NCBI GenBank assembly: GCA_009914755.4
Contig: CP068257.2
Span: 41,120,001-41,184,000 of the forward strand
Length of the DNA: 64,000 nt
Source of the DNA: the human T2T-CHM13v2.0 reference genome, Homo sapiens
Direction of reading: 5' to 3'
The notes below the pieces were generated by a model, which saw only the letters and a list, made by a program, of their open reading frames with translations, had not been told where the DNA came from and searched no databases. How positions within the stretch are numbered: the stretch's first letter is position 1; every line of letters starts with the position of its first letter. Shown piece after piece: positions 27,483 through 41,760 of the stretch. The translations under genes were made by a program, and so were the position numbers.

Positions 27483-27766
27483 GTGAGTGCCAAACCCGCC
27501 TTCGGTTCTTCCTGGGCACGTGGTTTCATCCAGTTCCACAGGAATGGAGGGAATGGATCACCAGGGCACCTTCCGGATGGCACTGCGCTCCCTGTGAGCA
27601 GAGGTGACATTTCCCCGGGAGTTCTGTGAGGACACTCAGCCTGTCTCTGTTCCTCCTTCCACCAAAACCTTCTTTACGCCCGAGCTACTCCTGCTCTGAT
27701 AAGCAAGGAGTAGCTTATCAGTGAGACTCTGCCATCATCAAGCAAAGCAGCATGTCCTAAAGCAGC

Positions 27767-28285
27767 GGTGTGTGGGAGCGTGTGTGTGTGTGTGGGAGCG
27801 TGTGTGTGTGTGAGAGTGAGTATGGGGGTGTGGATGTGAGTGTGTGTGAGTGTGGGGTGTGGATGTGAGCATGGGGGTGTCTGCATGTGTTTGTGAGTGG
27901 GTGTGTGGATGTAAATGTGTGGGAGCGTGTGTGTGTGTGAGTGTGGGGTGTGGGTGTGAGCATGGGGGTATCTGAGTTTACGGGTGGGTGTGTGTGAATG
28001 TGTGGTGGGAGTGTGTGGGGTGGGAGTAGGAGTGTGGAGGTGTGTCTGTGTGTGTCAGTGTGGATGTGTGCATGTGTATATCTGGATGTGGGGTGTGTCT
28101 GTGTGTGGGTGTGTGTGAGGGTGTGTGTGCATGTGTGTATCTGTGGATGTGAGGTGTGTGTGCATGTGTGTATCTGGATGTGGGGGTGTGTGAGGGTGGA
28201 TGTGTGCATGTGTGTGTGTGGATGTGGGGTGTGTGAGTGTGTGGTGTGTGAGTGGGTGTGTGCATGTGGGTGTCTGCCTGTGTGA
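27767..28285. repeat. About 520-bp imperfect TG-rich repeat ((TG)n interrupted by GGGAGCG / GAGTG / GGAT motifs) in the intron between exons 27396..27482 and 28725..28829
   Basis: ggtgtgtgggagcgtgtgtgtgtgtgtgggagcgtgtgtgtgtgtgagagtgagtatgggggtgtggatgtgagtgtgtgtgag...gtgtgtgcatgtgggtgtctgcctgtgtgaatatg. The antisense ORF through it reads a His/Thr-rich protein (low-complexity artefact). Confidence 0.95.
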
Positions 28286-28724
28286 ATATGTTTGGCAGCA
28301 GGTTTTTTTAATGAAATATTGCTCAGAACCAAATATTAAAAGCCTATTAAAGGTTTCATGGCGACTGGGGACCCAGAGCTCCCTCTTGGAGTCTCCCCTC
28401 CCCCCATCCCCTAACTTTATGCCCCACTGTGGCTCCTCAGACACCTCCGGGGAGACCCCAGTCCTTGACTGCAGGGTGAAACCCCTGGTGGGAGCTCTGT
28501 CCCCACACCTGCCCCGGGTGCCGTGGTGTGGCCCGCTGGACGTTCTCAGGGTCCCTGTGTCACCTCATTGGTACCTGTGGTAAACCTGGAACACTGTTGA
28601 CCTCTGGTTGGGATGAGGGTTTGGCAGAGAATGTTCAAACCAGCGCACAGCCTTCTGGGTGGCTTTGGGAGGAGAGGTGGGCGGGCCCAGGCACAGGGTG
28701 ACTCGGACCCCCTGCCTCCCGCAG

Positions 28725-28829
28725 TTCTGCGTCCACGACAACTACAGAAACAACCCCTTCCACAACTTCCGGCACTGCTTCTGCGTGGCCCAGATGATGT
28801 ACAGCATGGTCTGGCTCTGCAGTCTCCAG
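28725..28829 (+). CDS. PDE9A: PDE9A catalytic-domain exon encoding [35 protein letters not shown] (105 nt)
   Basis: Acceptor cctgcctcccgcAG|ttc at 28723-28724. Donor CAG|GTGGGT at 28830. Contains the PDE metal-binding HNxxH motif (HNFRH). Confidence 0.92.
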
Positions 28830-29221
28830 GTGGGTCCTGCCCGCTGCACACCCAGACCTCTACTCTCGGGGGTCAGACGGAGGCCCCCTTCCAGGGAGCG
28901 GCAGCCCCATCCCACCAAGAGAGCCACAGGCGTGGGGTCCCCAGCCGCTCCGCCCCTCCTAGGGACGCACCCCTGCCCACCGTTGTCAGTCACCCCATGG
29001 GCGAGGCTGCTCCTAGGATTACAAGAGCAGGTGAGTCCCCGACCTGGTCACCCCCCCAACCCCCACAGGCAGGCCGATCCTCTCCCACCATGCCAGGAGA
29101 TGCCAGATGGCTGCAGGGGCCTTTGTCCCCCACTTACCACTCACCCAATTCCACCCCCCCTCACCCCATCCCACCCTCCGAGTGAAGAGAGCAAACACCT
29201 ACACCCTGTTTTCCAATCCAG

Positions 29222-29304
29222 GAGAAGTTCTCACAAACGGATATCCTGATCCTAATGACAGCGGCCATCTGCCACGATCTGGACCATCCCGGCTACAACA
29301 ACAC
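29222..29304 (+). CDS. PDE9A: PDE9A catalytic-domain exon encoding [27 protein letters not shown](T)
   Basis: Acceptor ttttccaatccAG|gag at 29220-29221. Donor AC|GTATGT at 29305. Contains the canonical PDE HDxxH motif (HDLDH). Confidence 0.92.
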
Positions 29305-30479
29305 GTATGTACAGGATTTTCTCTTTTTTTCCTTTTAAAAGGCACCCTGGCTACTGGAGGGAACCTGTCAGCCCAACCCTCAGAGCAGTTCCCAGATGGA
29401 GCTGTCAACGACGGCCTCCCAGCCCCCAACTCTGCCTCCACTGACACAGCTCCTGGCTTCTGGACTTTGCCCAGGGCCTTGGGTCTCCCCGGAGTAGGAA
29501 CTTTCAGGATTATCAAACCCCAGGGGGTCTTTCCCACTCCTGTGCGGGCCTGGCTTCAGGCTCAGGTGCACGGCAGATCCCTGGCCCCGCCGGCGCCTTC
29601 TCCACCCCAGGCAGGGAGCAACACCTGTCCGCATGCAGGGATGGGGGCTCCACACCCCCCTCTCAGGAGCTCGCCTCTCCCTGGGCAGGCTCCCAGCTGG
29701 CTTCCGCAGGGAAAGCACAGGCAGGAGCCAGAAGAGAGCAGAAGAGGGGGAGAAGAGGGACTGCAGAGGGACAGGAGGTGGGAGTGAGGTGTCCCTCGTG
29801 GGGCCAGGGATCAGAAGGACAGACCGTTGCTCCACTCCTGCCTCCACAGGCACAGAGTTCCGCCCCATGTGGCGGACAAGGTCCAGGCCATGGGCTTGGG
29901 TCTGTGTCCTCAGTGGCGCAGCAGCTCTCTCTGTTGAACTGTGTGTTTGTGTGATGTCATCACATGCCTGAGAGCTCTGCTGCCATGTGTCAGCGCCTAG
30001 TGGGTTCCGAGGTGTGGCTGTCAGCGCTCCTCCCGGGGCCATCACCATGCACACCCATCTGTTCCCCTTTTGCTCATTTCACACTCACAGTGGCCGGCAC
30101 AGCACAGGTCAGCAGAGGCCTTGACCACAGCATCCCAGTGAACCTCAGCCTCGTTCTGCCCACCTGCCTCTGGCACCTGGTGACATTTGATAATCTCACA
30201 AGAGGCCGTGATGCCTCAGGGCCTGTCCCAGGGAGCATGCCGCTTCCTCAGAGGTGTCTGTCTGGTGGGACTGCCCGAGCATGGGGACGTGCAGTTGCAG
30301 GGGCAGCTGAGCGGCAGGAGGGACCTCCTGGCCAGGCCAGGGCACAGGCAGCTCCCCCAGCCCCCACGGCACCTTCTCCTGACTCTACTTGCTCCACTTA
30401 CATGGCTGGGTGTTGCTCCCCGGTGCAGGTACCTGGTGAGGGCGCCTGAGTCTCCCCTCACTCTCTCCTTGCCTCCCAG

Positions 30480-30636
30480 GTACCAGATCAATGCCCGCAC
30501 AGAGCTGGCGGTCCGCTACAATGACATCTCACCGCTGGAGAACCACCACTGCGCCGTGGCCTTCCAGATCCTCGCCGAGCCTGAGTGCAACATCTTCTCC
30601 AACATCCCACCTGATGGGTTCAAGCAGATCCGACAG
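30480..30636 (+). CDS. PDE9A: PDE9A catalytic-domain exon encoding (T)[52 protein letters not shown]
   Basis: Acceptor ctctccttgcctcccAG|g at 30478-30479. Donor CAG|GTGTGT at 30637. Confidence 0.92.
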
Positions 30637-30955
30637 GTGTGTGGGGTGAGGGCCCTCCCACCGGAGTGGGGGCACATTCAGGGACAGAGCAGCCCCCACT
30701 CTCCATTGGCTGGAAGCTCCCAGAAGCTCCTGGCCACAGCAGTGCCCTGGGGACCCAAGGGAACCCCTCCCTCCTTCCTCACCTCCTCCAGGGCCCAGAG
30801 TGGCGCCCCAAAAAGAGGGTACCCTCGCCATGCGCACGTGTATCCCACTGACCTGCACTTCCCAGCCTGTATTTAATTCAGCCTTCACTGGCTCCCTTTG
30901 AGATAAATCCTTTGTCCCTCTTCCAGCCCAAGAAACTGAGGCTTAGCAAAGGTAG

Positions 30956-31388
<433 letters not shown>

Positions 31389-33370
31389 CACCCCTTCCAT
31401 TTTAGATAAGGGGGCTTTATGCCTCTCAGGGCGTGATGGGAGGAGAGTGAGAGGATATCTGCGTGAGAGGAAGATGACCTGGTCCACCTGCCCCAGACAA
31501 ACACCTCCAGCTCACCGAAATAACGCCCCATTCCACACGGGAATTCCTCATCAAACCCTCACTCTCTGACATTTGCAGGGGAGGGAAGCTCTCGGAGTAA
31601 ACCCTGGGAGAAATGTGTTGGGTTGAATAGCAGCGTCCTTCAAACAAGGTCCACCTCCCGTGAATGTGATCTTATTTGGAAAAGGGTCTTTGCATTTGTA
31701 CTTGTTAAGATTTCCAGATAAGATCAGTGTGGATTGTCTAAGGGGGCCGTAAATCCAAAGACTAGTGTCCTTGGACGAGGAGACAGAGTAGAAAACAGCC
31801 CAGACACAGAGGAGAAGGCCGCATGAAGACGCAGTGATTGGAGATTTGAGTGATGCAGCCCCAAACTAAGGGACTTCGGGGCCCCCAGGAGCAGGAGGAG
31901 ACAAGGAAGGACCCTCCCCTGGAGTCTTCTTTGAGAGCAGGGCCCTGCCCACACTTTGATCTTGGTTCTGGCTTCCAGAACTGTGAGAGAATGAGTTTGT
32001 TGTTTTAAGCCGCCTAGTTTGTGGTACTTTGTGTGGCGGCCCCAGGACACTCACCCAGGGCACCGTCTTCTGCGGTTCCACAAGGCAGACCTCAGCCATT
32101 CGAAGTCTAAGTGGCTTCCTTCCAGAGGCAGCAAGAAAGACTGCCTGGACTTCAGCACTGGGAAGATACTCACCACCCTCCAGGCGTGCTGCTGAGCCTC
32201 CCTTTATCAGAGAGCAGCAGCCTCTTCTACCATGGCTTTCCAATTTGTCTACGCTTCCAGGAAGTTCAAAGCCCAGTGTAAAAAACTGAAGTCAGTGAAG
32301 CATTTGGGGAAGCTCCGAGGAAGCAGCATGCTCCCTGGGACGGGGCCCTGAGGCATCACGGCCTCTTGCGAAATTGTCAAATGCCACCATGTGCCAGAGG
32401 CAGAGGTGGGCAGAACCAGGCTGTGGTTCATTGGGATGCTGTGGTCAAGGCCTCTGCTGGCCTGTGCTGTGCCAGCCACTGTGAGTGTGAAATGAGCAGG
32501 AGAACAGATGGGTGTGCATGGTGATGGCCCCGGGAGGAGCGCCGACAGCCGCACCTCAGAACCCACTCGGCGCTGACATACGGCGGCAGCGCTCTCGGGC
32601 CTGTGATGACATCATTGCACAAACATACACAATTCAATAGACAATTTACAGTCATTATTGAATCACCGGTTCCCAGTACAGTTATCTCCCCTTTATCTAT
32701 AGGCTCTCTGGCCTCTCCTCCATGTTTGTGCCCCTCCCCACCCTGCAAGCAGGTGCCCTGTGTGGCTACGATAAGCTGTGGCAAATCTTCGTCTGCAGTA
32801 GGTCAAGGAGCAACCGTGAAGAGAGAACGCTGCATCTGCCACTGCTACCCCAGTGGGGAGCTCCTCCAGGGACAGGACCTGGGGAATCAAAGCAAGTGAA
32901 CGCCCCTTAGTGTAGGCCTCGTCCCACTGAGCCATGTCGGAGAGCATCCCGCAAGAGAAGGAGGCGGCACCTGATTGGAGGAGCAGCCGCTCTGCACAGG
33001 GGATCGTTCTCGTGCCCATCCACCGTGGGGACACACCAGCATTGGCCTGCTTCAAATGCTTCACTGACTGCAAAATATGACTCTCCTCTGGGGGTAAAAT
33101 TAGTTGTCCCACTTTTTTAAAAATATATTTTGTCATGGAAGATTTCAGGAATAACTGAATAAATGCTTCACTAATAACACAATTAAATGTTTACAGGAAA
33201 ATTGAATAATTCAAGATACAAGTGATCCCCCCAAAAAAATATATATATATACAGTTGAAATGACCTAGATTGATGGGTTTGGGTTTTGTATCTGATGCTT
33301 GTTGTTTTATTTTCTTGGAAGAGGAAAACATCATACCTGGCACAGAGATGTGTTCTGTAAATGCTTGTGG

Positions 33371-33660
33371 GGTGGGTGGGTGGATGGATGGATGGATGGA
33401 TGGATGGATGGATGGATGGATGAATGGGTGGATGGGTGGATGGACAAATGGATGGAAGGGTGGATGGATGGATGGGTGGATGGGTGGATGAATGGACAGA
33501 TGGATAAATGGGTGGAAGGATGGATGGATAAATGGATGGAAGGGCAGATGGATGGGTGGATGGGTAGATGGATGGAGGATGAATGGGTGGATGGATGGAT
33601 GAATGGATGGGTTTTTGGGTGGGCAGATGGATGTGTGGACAAATGGATGGGTGATGGATG
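33371..33660. repeat. (GGAT)n / GGATGGATGGGTGGAT-type satellite, about 290 bp, ending about 125 nt upstream of exon 33786..33899
   Basis: gtgggtgggtggatggatggatggatggatggatggatggatggatgaatgggtggatgggtggatggacaaatggatggaagggtggatgg...ggatgtgtggacaaatggatgggtgatggatg. Confidence 0.95.
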
Positions 33661-33785
33661 CACATATGAATCGGAATAAGAGATACATGAAATAATGTGT
33701 GCAGGGGGCTCAGTACACAGTAGGCCTCCGCTGAATAATTGTTCAGACTATACCCGTGTTAACACGTTGTTCTCTCGCTATTTAG

Positions 33786-33899
33786 GGAATGATCACATTA
33801 ATCTTGGCCACTGACATGGCAAGACATGCAGAAATTATGGATTCTTTCAAAGAGAAAATGGAGAATTTTGACTACAGCAACGAGGAGCACATGACCCTG
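33786..33899 (+). CDS. PDE9A: PDE9A catalytic-domain exon encoding [38 protein letters not shown] (114 nt)
   Basis: Acceptor tctctcgctatttAG|gga at 33784-33785. Donor CTG|GTGAGT at 33900. Contains the PDE ATDMxxH motif. Confidence 0.92.
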
Positions 33900-34463
33900 G
33901 TGAGTGGCTTATTCTGCCTGGGTGGGCAGCCAGGCGGTGGGCTGGCGAAGCAGGTCATCCATCCAGCTCACACTGGAAGCCAAGAAGCTGAAATTATTAG
34001 TCTTCTTGGAACAAGGTGTCTATAAATCTGGTTTTCAAGGTCATGACTCTTACTAGGAAAGTCCGGGCAGGGCCTCCCTCCTGATGGGGACTCCTTCATG
34101 GTCAGAGGCAGCATTCTCCCATTCCTCCATCTCTTTTGGATTTGAAGGAGATAAGTGGGTGAAGGCCGTGCATCTCGCTCTGCTTTCCAGAGAATAAAAC
34201 CAGCTCTCCCATGAAGGCACAGCCCCAGCATGGCACTCTGAAAGCCCACCTATGTGGGGGCAACTCCAACACAGCTCCCGCTCCCCAGGCCAGCATCCCC
34301 CACCAGGCCCACACCGTAGCCTAGCACCCCTCCATAACCAGGACAAGGTGGCCAGAGAAGGGGTAGGGGGCCTCCCCCATGAGAAGGTGCACTTAGGTTG
34401 CCCAGCATCTGCCTTTTGGAAAGGACAGGCACTGGGCACACCAAGGCACACAAGGACCAGAGC

Positions 34464-34852
<389 letters not shown>

Positions 34853-36591
34853 TTATCTGTTTAAAATCAATAGCATCACTTTCCACCTCCAGAGAGGTTG
34901 AAAGATAGGGAACTCTCGGCTCAGGCTGACCTTCTAACCATCCAGTCCCAGTAGGTAGAGTCATTAGGACTCATCGCTCTCTGGAGCTGAGGTGCAGTTA
35001 ATTCCCAAAGACTGTGCGAGAGGATGGGAGCTCCCGCAGGCAAGGGCTGGACAGCAGGCAAACCTCCCCAGGCCAGGGCCACCAGAAGCCCCTTCCCTAA
35101 GAGGGAAATAGTCACATAGAGCGGCTTCCTGGCAAGCAAGTTTCTTGCTCCTGAAAAACCAAGGGAAGGAGGGAGGCGCCGCCTTGTCCTCTAAGATATG
35201 AGGAAGGCAGAGATGGACCTGCAGTCAGGGGTGACCCAGGCCCCGCCGATGCCTTCCTCCTCTGAGGTGGGAGGAGAGGTCAGGGAAGAGACGGGGAGGG
35301 GCAGGATGCCAGAGGATCGGGTGCCAGGTGGTCAGGACAAGTGAACCCAGCTGAAGGTCCCCACTCCCACCCCACCCCCAGCCTTACACACTGCAGCTGT
35401 GCAGACCAGAGGCAAAGCGAGGCTCAGAGCCCAGGGTTCCGTTTATCCCAACGACCGGCACCGTGGGGTCAGATGACAAGCAGCACGGCCAGGCATCGTC
35501 TCACTGCTACGGAGCCCCAGACGGGGCTTTATGAACACGGGTGGAGGACAGAGGTTGGGGTAAGGTCTCGGGGGAAAGGTTCTGATTCAAAATGGGCCCC
35601 GATAGGGAGGCCTCTGAGGATAGTGCGGGCCGGCGTGGGAGGTGTGAGGTGCAGGGAGTGTGGCCGGCAGGGCCTGGGACCTTGACCTTCCCCAGAGACA
35701 CTGCTGCCCTGGCCCTGCCCTAGGTCTGGTGTCGGGACAGCTCCACTGAGGCCGGCCAGGCACAGGCTAGTCATTGCCTCTGGTCTGGAGCCGGACTCCA
35801 CAGAGGAGTCAAAGAAAGGCCTGAATGGCTTCCTGGGAACTGATAGGGCAGGGAAAGGAAGGGCGACCACAGCAGGATCCCTTCGAGGTCCTGCCGAGGT
35901 TGGAAGGCAGGATCCACCAAGCATCATGCAGACTCCGAGCTGAACTGAGCTGCTCCTCACCTAGTCACGTTCCCCAAACCAGCAGGTGCAGCCCGCAGCC
36001 CGGGGGCATGTGCCTCAGCTGGGCTTTCCTGTCTAATCCGCTTCAGAGCCTGGATGGCAACCAACACTTTGGTCTGGAAACCTGGTGATTCCAGACACTC
36101 ATTTGTGCCCGGTGCAGGCAGGGCCACGGGACGCCAGCCCTCCACCTCTTGTCCTATGGCGACATCCGGGCTAGTTTGGGTGGAAGCTGCTGCATTCCTG
36201 GGCCTGCCCTATCTCCTCCTGAAGCTCCTATGGCATGCCCAACCCTGGCCAAGCTGAGACAGAGCTACCTGTCCCCTGGGAAGATGAGCAATGCACCCAC
36301 CTAGGGAACAGCAGAAAATAGGGGGTGACCAGGCACAGGGCAGTGCTTCAGGGGATATCACCTGGGCTGGGGTGGCCAGAAAGGCTGGAAGGAGGGGACC
36401 CAAACAAGACCTTGAAGGTTCATTCTCCATTGAGAAGGGAGCCTGTCCTCCCTGAAGGCAGCCAAGCTCAGTTGCATGGTCCAGCAGGTCCTCCGTCTCT
36501 TCCTGCCTGTAATGGCAAGTCCAGACCCGAGCAGCAGCAGCAGGCCGTGTTCTACCTCCTGTTACCTCAATTCCAAAATCTCTTCTTTCAG

Positions 36592-36696
36592 CTGAAGATG
36601 ATTTTGATAAAATGCTGTGATATCTCTAACGAGGTCCGTCCAATGGAAGTCGCAGAGCCTTGGGTGGACTGTTTATTAGAGGAATATTTTATGCAG
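36592..36696 (+). CDS. PDE9A: PDE9A catalytic-domain exon encoding [35 protein letters not shown] (105 nt)
   Basis: Acceptor tctcttctttcAG|ctg at 36590-36591. Donor CAG|GTAAGA at 36697. Confidence 0.92.
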
Positions 36697-37430
36697 GTAA
36701 GAGTCTTGCAGAGCAATCAAGCCTCCAGCCACTCTTATTAGCCCCACTTAGTAAGGGTTTGCGTTAAACGAGCACGCCAGGGTGGTCCCGCATATTCACC
36801 GGGCTGCCGACAGTTCAGCCTCCAGAAAGCCTTCAGGGTAAGCGTACATCAGAAACAAAATAGGTTATAATTTGAGACCTGAAAGACAGTAACAATCCAG
36901 AAAAGCTAATACTCTAAAACTGTCACCTGTCACTGCTAATTGAGCCATTATTACAAGCAGCCTTGTCAAACAAATTGCCTGAAAGTCAAGAAGCAAGGAC
37001 TGCAGAAGCAGGAGGGGGCCCAGGAGGGCCGAGACCCAGCAGGTCAGCTCACACAGATGGCCACGGGGAAGGTCGGGGACATAGAAAACCAAGCCAGCTG
37101 AAAACAACCACCAAATATTAATACAACAGCTTGATGAACCCTAGGAGAAGTCGGGAGGCTTTCTGCAGGACGCTGCTGCCGTCCTGGGATACATCCATCC
37201 AACTCACCTCTGCCTATCTCTCAGGTCGGTCTTCCCAGCTAGACCTGCATGCCCAGCTCTGTTTAGCACTGAAGATAGGGTCACCTTCTCCTTGTTCTTA
37301 CTGAGACACATTTGTGGTGTGGTTTGGTTGGTTGGTGGTTAACTGGCGCATCTTGTCTTTCTCTGAGAACAGCGATCTGGTTATGGGGCATTTCTGTCTC
37401 TAATGTCACTGTCTGCTGCATTCCCTGCAG

Positions 37431-37559
37431 AGCGACCGTGAGAAGTCAGAAGGCCTTCCCGTGGCCCCGTTCATGGACCGAGACAAAGTGACCAAGGCCA
37501 CAGCCCAGATTGGGTTCATCAAGTTTGTCCTGATCCCAATGTTTGAAACAGTGACCAAG
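37431..37559 (+). CDS. PDE9A: PDE9A catalytic-domain exon encoding [43 protein letters not shown] (129 nt)
   Basis: Acceptor ctgcattccctgcAG|agc at 37429-37430. Donor AAG|GTGAGT at 37560. The six-frame ORF 37461..38321 reads straight through this donor into a CA-rich repeat. Confidence 0.92.
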
Positions 37560-37589
37560 GTGAGTAACTGTCACCACATGTCACACTTG

Positions 37590-38288
37590 CTTACACTCAG
37601 ATACATGCATGCACACACAGGCACACACACATATACACATATGCACACAGGTACACACAGACACACACTCATGCACACACATACACAGATACACACAGAC
37701 GCACATACAGGCACATACACATATACACACACGCACACAGCTACACACAGGCACACACACAGGCACACACTTGTGCACACAGGTACACAGGCACACAAAT
37801 GCACACACAGGGCACACAGGCACACACTCGTGCACACACATGTACACAGGCACACACAGGCACACAAATGTGCATGCAGGTACACATGCACACAAGGCAC
37901 ACAGGCACACACAGGCACACAAATGCACACACAGGCACACACACACATGCACACAGGTACACACAGGCACACAAATGCACATGCAGGTACACATGCACAC
38001 ACAGGCACACACAGGGACACACAGGCACACATAGGCACACAAATGCACACACAGGCACACACACATGCACACCGGTACACACAGGCACACACTCGTGCAC
38101 ACGTACACAGGCATACAAATGCACACGCAGGCACACACAGGTACGTAGGCACACACAAGCACATACACATATACACACATGCACACAGGTACACGCAGGC
38201 ACACACGTACAGAGGCACACACATGCACACACAGGTATGCACATGCACGCCCACAGGTACACACAGGCACACCTGCACACCTGCACAT
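37590..38288. repeat. About 700-bp imperfect CA-rich minisatellite (units approximating ACACAGGCACAC / CACATGCACAC) beginning about 30 nt downstream of the exon 37431..37559 donor
   Basis: cacacacaggcacacacacatatacacatatgcacacaggtacacacagacacacactcatgcacacacatacacagatacacacagacgcacatacagg...continuing to 38288. Sense and antisense ORFs through it give His/Thr/Ala-rich and Cys/Val-rich artefactual peptides. Confidence 0.95.
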
Positions 38289-39181
38289 CCTGAGCAGCCT
38301 CTTCCCCGGCTGTCGTCGTGACCGCTGTCCCTGTTCCATCCAGAGCCTGCTACCCACAGCCTGGCCCGTGACCCCAGCATCTCCCACTCTGTGCTGCACT
38401 CCCTGCCTTGCCTTGCTGGGCCCTGGGGGGCCCCTCACTGCCCTCGCCCATCGCTGCCGGCCTTCAGGACCCTGGAGGCAGCACTGGCTGTGGACTCTCC
38501 TGTCCCCACTCTGCGTCCCAGTTCCTCACCTGTGGAGGAACCCCTGAGCTCTGTGCCCTCGAGCTGTGAAGCCCCTGTCCAGCTCCCAGTCTCACCGCAC
38601 CCAGCCACCGAGACCTTGCTCCTTGCACACAGCTCGTTCCTGCCCAGCTCCCCCCAGGGCCTCTGAGCTGCCTGTGGCCCCCTGCCAAGGCCCCCACCTC
38701 AAGGCACCCCCAGCATGTCCAAAACAGGCCCATCTCTTGTTCCCCCCGGGGATCTGGGCTCACAGCCTCACACCCTCCGACCTTCCTGGGCTCCTACGCT
38801 GCGCATCCTTCTGCTCTAGGGCATCTCTTGGAGCCACCCCACCCACTTCCCACTCCCAGGACCCTCAGCCGGGAGGCTGTCAGCTCCTTTCCCCTGCCCC
38901 GTGTCTTTGTAAGAACCTCCCAACCTGTCCCCCACCCTCATCTCACGGGCACGGGGGACACAGGAGGCAGGAAGGGGACTTTCTGTAGGACCTCATGGAG
39001 GGTGATGAGGGCCAGAGACAGAGCCGCAGTGGGTGGAGGCAGCAGAGCCGGCACGAGGGTGTCCAGGAGCTGGGACTGGCCCAGAGGTTTCCGCATGGAG
39101 CACCTGACACCTGTTTTTCTCCGACGTTTCCCATTGCCTTAAGAACGAGGGACTCTGAATAAATCCGTGTGTCTCTCCCAG

Positions 39182-39277
39182 CTCTTCCCCATGGTTGAGG
39201 AGATCATGCTGCAGCCACTTTGGGAATCCCGAGATCGCTACGAGGAGCTGAAGCGGATAGATGACGCCATGAAAGAG
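39182..39277 (+). CDS. PDE9A: PDE9A exon encoding [32 protein letters not shown] (96 nt)
   Basis: Acceptor gtgtgtctctcccAG|ctc at 39180-39181. Donor GAG|GTAAAA at 39278. Confidence 0.9.
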
Positions 39278-40119
39278 GTAAAACACACTGAGAAGAGCCT
39301 GCCTTCCTTGCGGCAAGCAGGCACGCTGCCCTCCGCACTCCCGACTCCAGAAGCTTGGACGTGCCAAGCAGGGCACCACTGAAGGCCCCGTGGACAGGCA
39401 CACGTGTACCTTCCATCAGAAAGCCTGGCTCAGTAAAATTAGGGAATGCGATGAGGGAAACCAAAACTGCATTCGCCAAGAACACGTCAGGTCTCAGTAG
39501 CTTCGAGGGAGTTTACTGGCCGTGCCCTTCACAAGAATCACAACTGTCACCCACACCTGTGGACACCCAGGTGTCTTTGGGTGTATCAGCCGCCGTTAGA
39601 GCATCTGGGACCCCTCAGAGTACAGTGCCTGGCCTGGCCCCAGGGCTGACTTGTTCAGAGGAGGCCATGGGGTAGAAAGGGGCCCTCCCCTGGCACGGGA
39701 ACAAAGCGACCACCCACCTGCCAGCTCCCGGGCCCAGAACACACACCGGCACCTCTCAGGGGCCAGGGAGCCTGGGGCTGGCTTTAGGTTGCTGCTGGAC
39801 AGATATCATTTTGGAGGAAGGGGTCCAGGTCACAGCCTCAGGGCCCACGCAGTCTGTCTACGGATTCCCCCCGGCTGTCTGCTGTCCTGCTGCCCATGGT
39901 GTGGCCTCTGCCCCTCCCAGCCTCCTGCCTCCTCCCTCCAGCGCCCCCAGGCAGCTAGAACAGTCTTACTACTCCTGCAGGGTTTGACCCCTCCTGGCCT
40001 TGGCCGGTGTTGCCTCTGCCACCCCCGCTCCCCACAGTGCCACTGAAGCACCCTCCAAGGCCCGTCAGTCAGGGCTCCCCTAGTTACTGTGCCCACCACC
40101 CCGTCTTTTCTGCCTGGGC

Positions 40120-40300
40120 GCTCCTGAAGCCCATGTGGCCCACAATGCCCTTTTGAGCACTGAGCCATTTTCCAGGCGTAGCCTTGGGTTGGTCTCATCT
40201 CCCTCGACTGACGGCCCCGTGCTCCCCATGCCCACACCCGCCTGGAGCGCCATGCCAGGCACATGGTAGGCGCTCAGCAATTGCTTAGGAGTCCACTGAA
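40120..40300 (+). mobile_element. MIR SINE fragment (3' core region)
   Basis: ...gcgccatgccaggcacatggtaggcgctcagcaattgcttagg matches the MIR consensus ...cagtgcctggcacatagtaagcgctcaataaatg. Confidence 0.5.
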
Positions 40301-40917
40301 AATCCAGACCAGCTGCCCTGACTTCTCCAGTTGATGTCTCCTACTGGAAAGTCACAGAAAGGTCTCTAAACCTCTGGAAGGCTGAGAGCACTTATGCAGA
40401 GGGACAGATGTAGCAAGAAGGCTTCCCCCACTCCACAACCCCGCAAGAGAGCTGAAGGGGCTTCTGCCTCTCTCGTGGGCCCTCCGAGAGCCATAGCCCT
40501 GATGGCCTTGAGTCTCTAGTCCTGAGCCCTGCTGCCCAGTAGGGGATAGTAGGGTTCCTTAAGGCCTCTGCCTTCCCCCCTGTCAGCCCCCACAAAAAGG
40601 AGAGACACGCCAAAGAGGTGAAAAGGCCAAGCCCAAGCCGCAGGCTCTGCACACACCACCAGTCCCCGCGGCTGTGGTGGCTGCAGCTGGGTGAGCTCAC
40701 TGTCCAGGCCCCAGATGAGGCACCAAGGGTAGCGGGACAGGGTATGCAGAGCTGCCTCTGAAAAGCCCATGTCAGGAGTGCTTGGGCTCAGAGGGGCTGG
40801 GGACCACAGGCTTTCACGTTGCAGCACCTCCAGGCAACAGAAGCTGCTGGGAGAGAGGCAGACACTCCCCTGCTGTCTCCTGCTCCCTGACTTGGCCTTC
40901 TCTGTACTCTGTTCCAG

Positions 40918-40999
40918 TTACAGAAGAAGACTGACAGCTTGACGTCTGGGGCCACCGAGAAGTCCAGAGAGAGAAGCAGAGATGTGAAAAACAGTGAAG
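40918..40999 (+). CDS. PDE9A: PDE9A exon encoding LQKKTDSLTSGATEKSRERSRDVKNSE(G)
   Basis: Acceptor ctctgtactctgttccAG|tta at 40916-40917. Donor G|GTAATG at 41000. Confidence 0.9.
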
Positions 41000-41120
41000 G
41001 TAATGCTTGCTCTGCTGAAGTGGCATCTCAGCGCATACAATGATTCTGACAAAGGACAGAAGGAAAGAGGAAGGGGAGAAAATCTGAATTTTGGAATACC
41101 TTTAAATGAATGGAACTTTT

Positions 41121-41410
<290 letters not shown>

Positions 41411-41462
41411 AAATGAATGGAAATTTTATTTCTTGCAACTAATCATTAGAATTAGGCTCTTA

Positions 41463-41760
<298 letters not shown>

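Noticed and set aside
27757-28332. 191-aa minus-strand ORF (His/Thr/Pro-rich: ...HTHSHTTHSHTPHPHTHMH...)
   Set aside because: It is entirely the translation of the TG/CA-rich low-complexity repeat. It has no start context or homology logic, and it is typical of a dinucleotide-repeat artefact.
37461-38438. 286-aa + ORF and 269/285-aa minus ORFs spanning 37461-38438
   Set aside because: The + ORF is the genuine PDE9A exon 37431..37559 reading through its strong GTGAGT donor into the CA-rich minisatellite. The minus ORFs are Cys/Val-rich translations of the same repeat. None is an independent gene.
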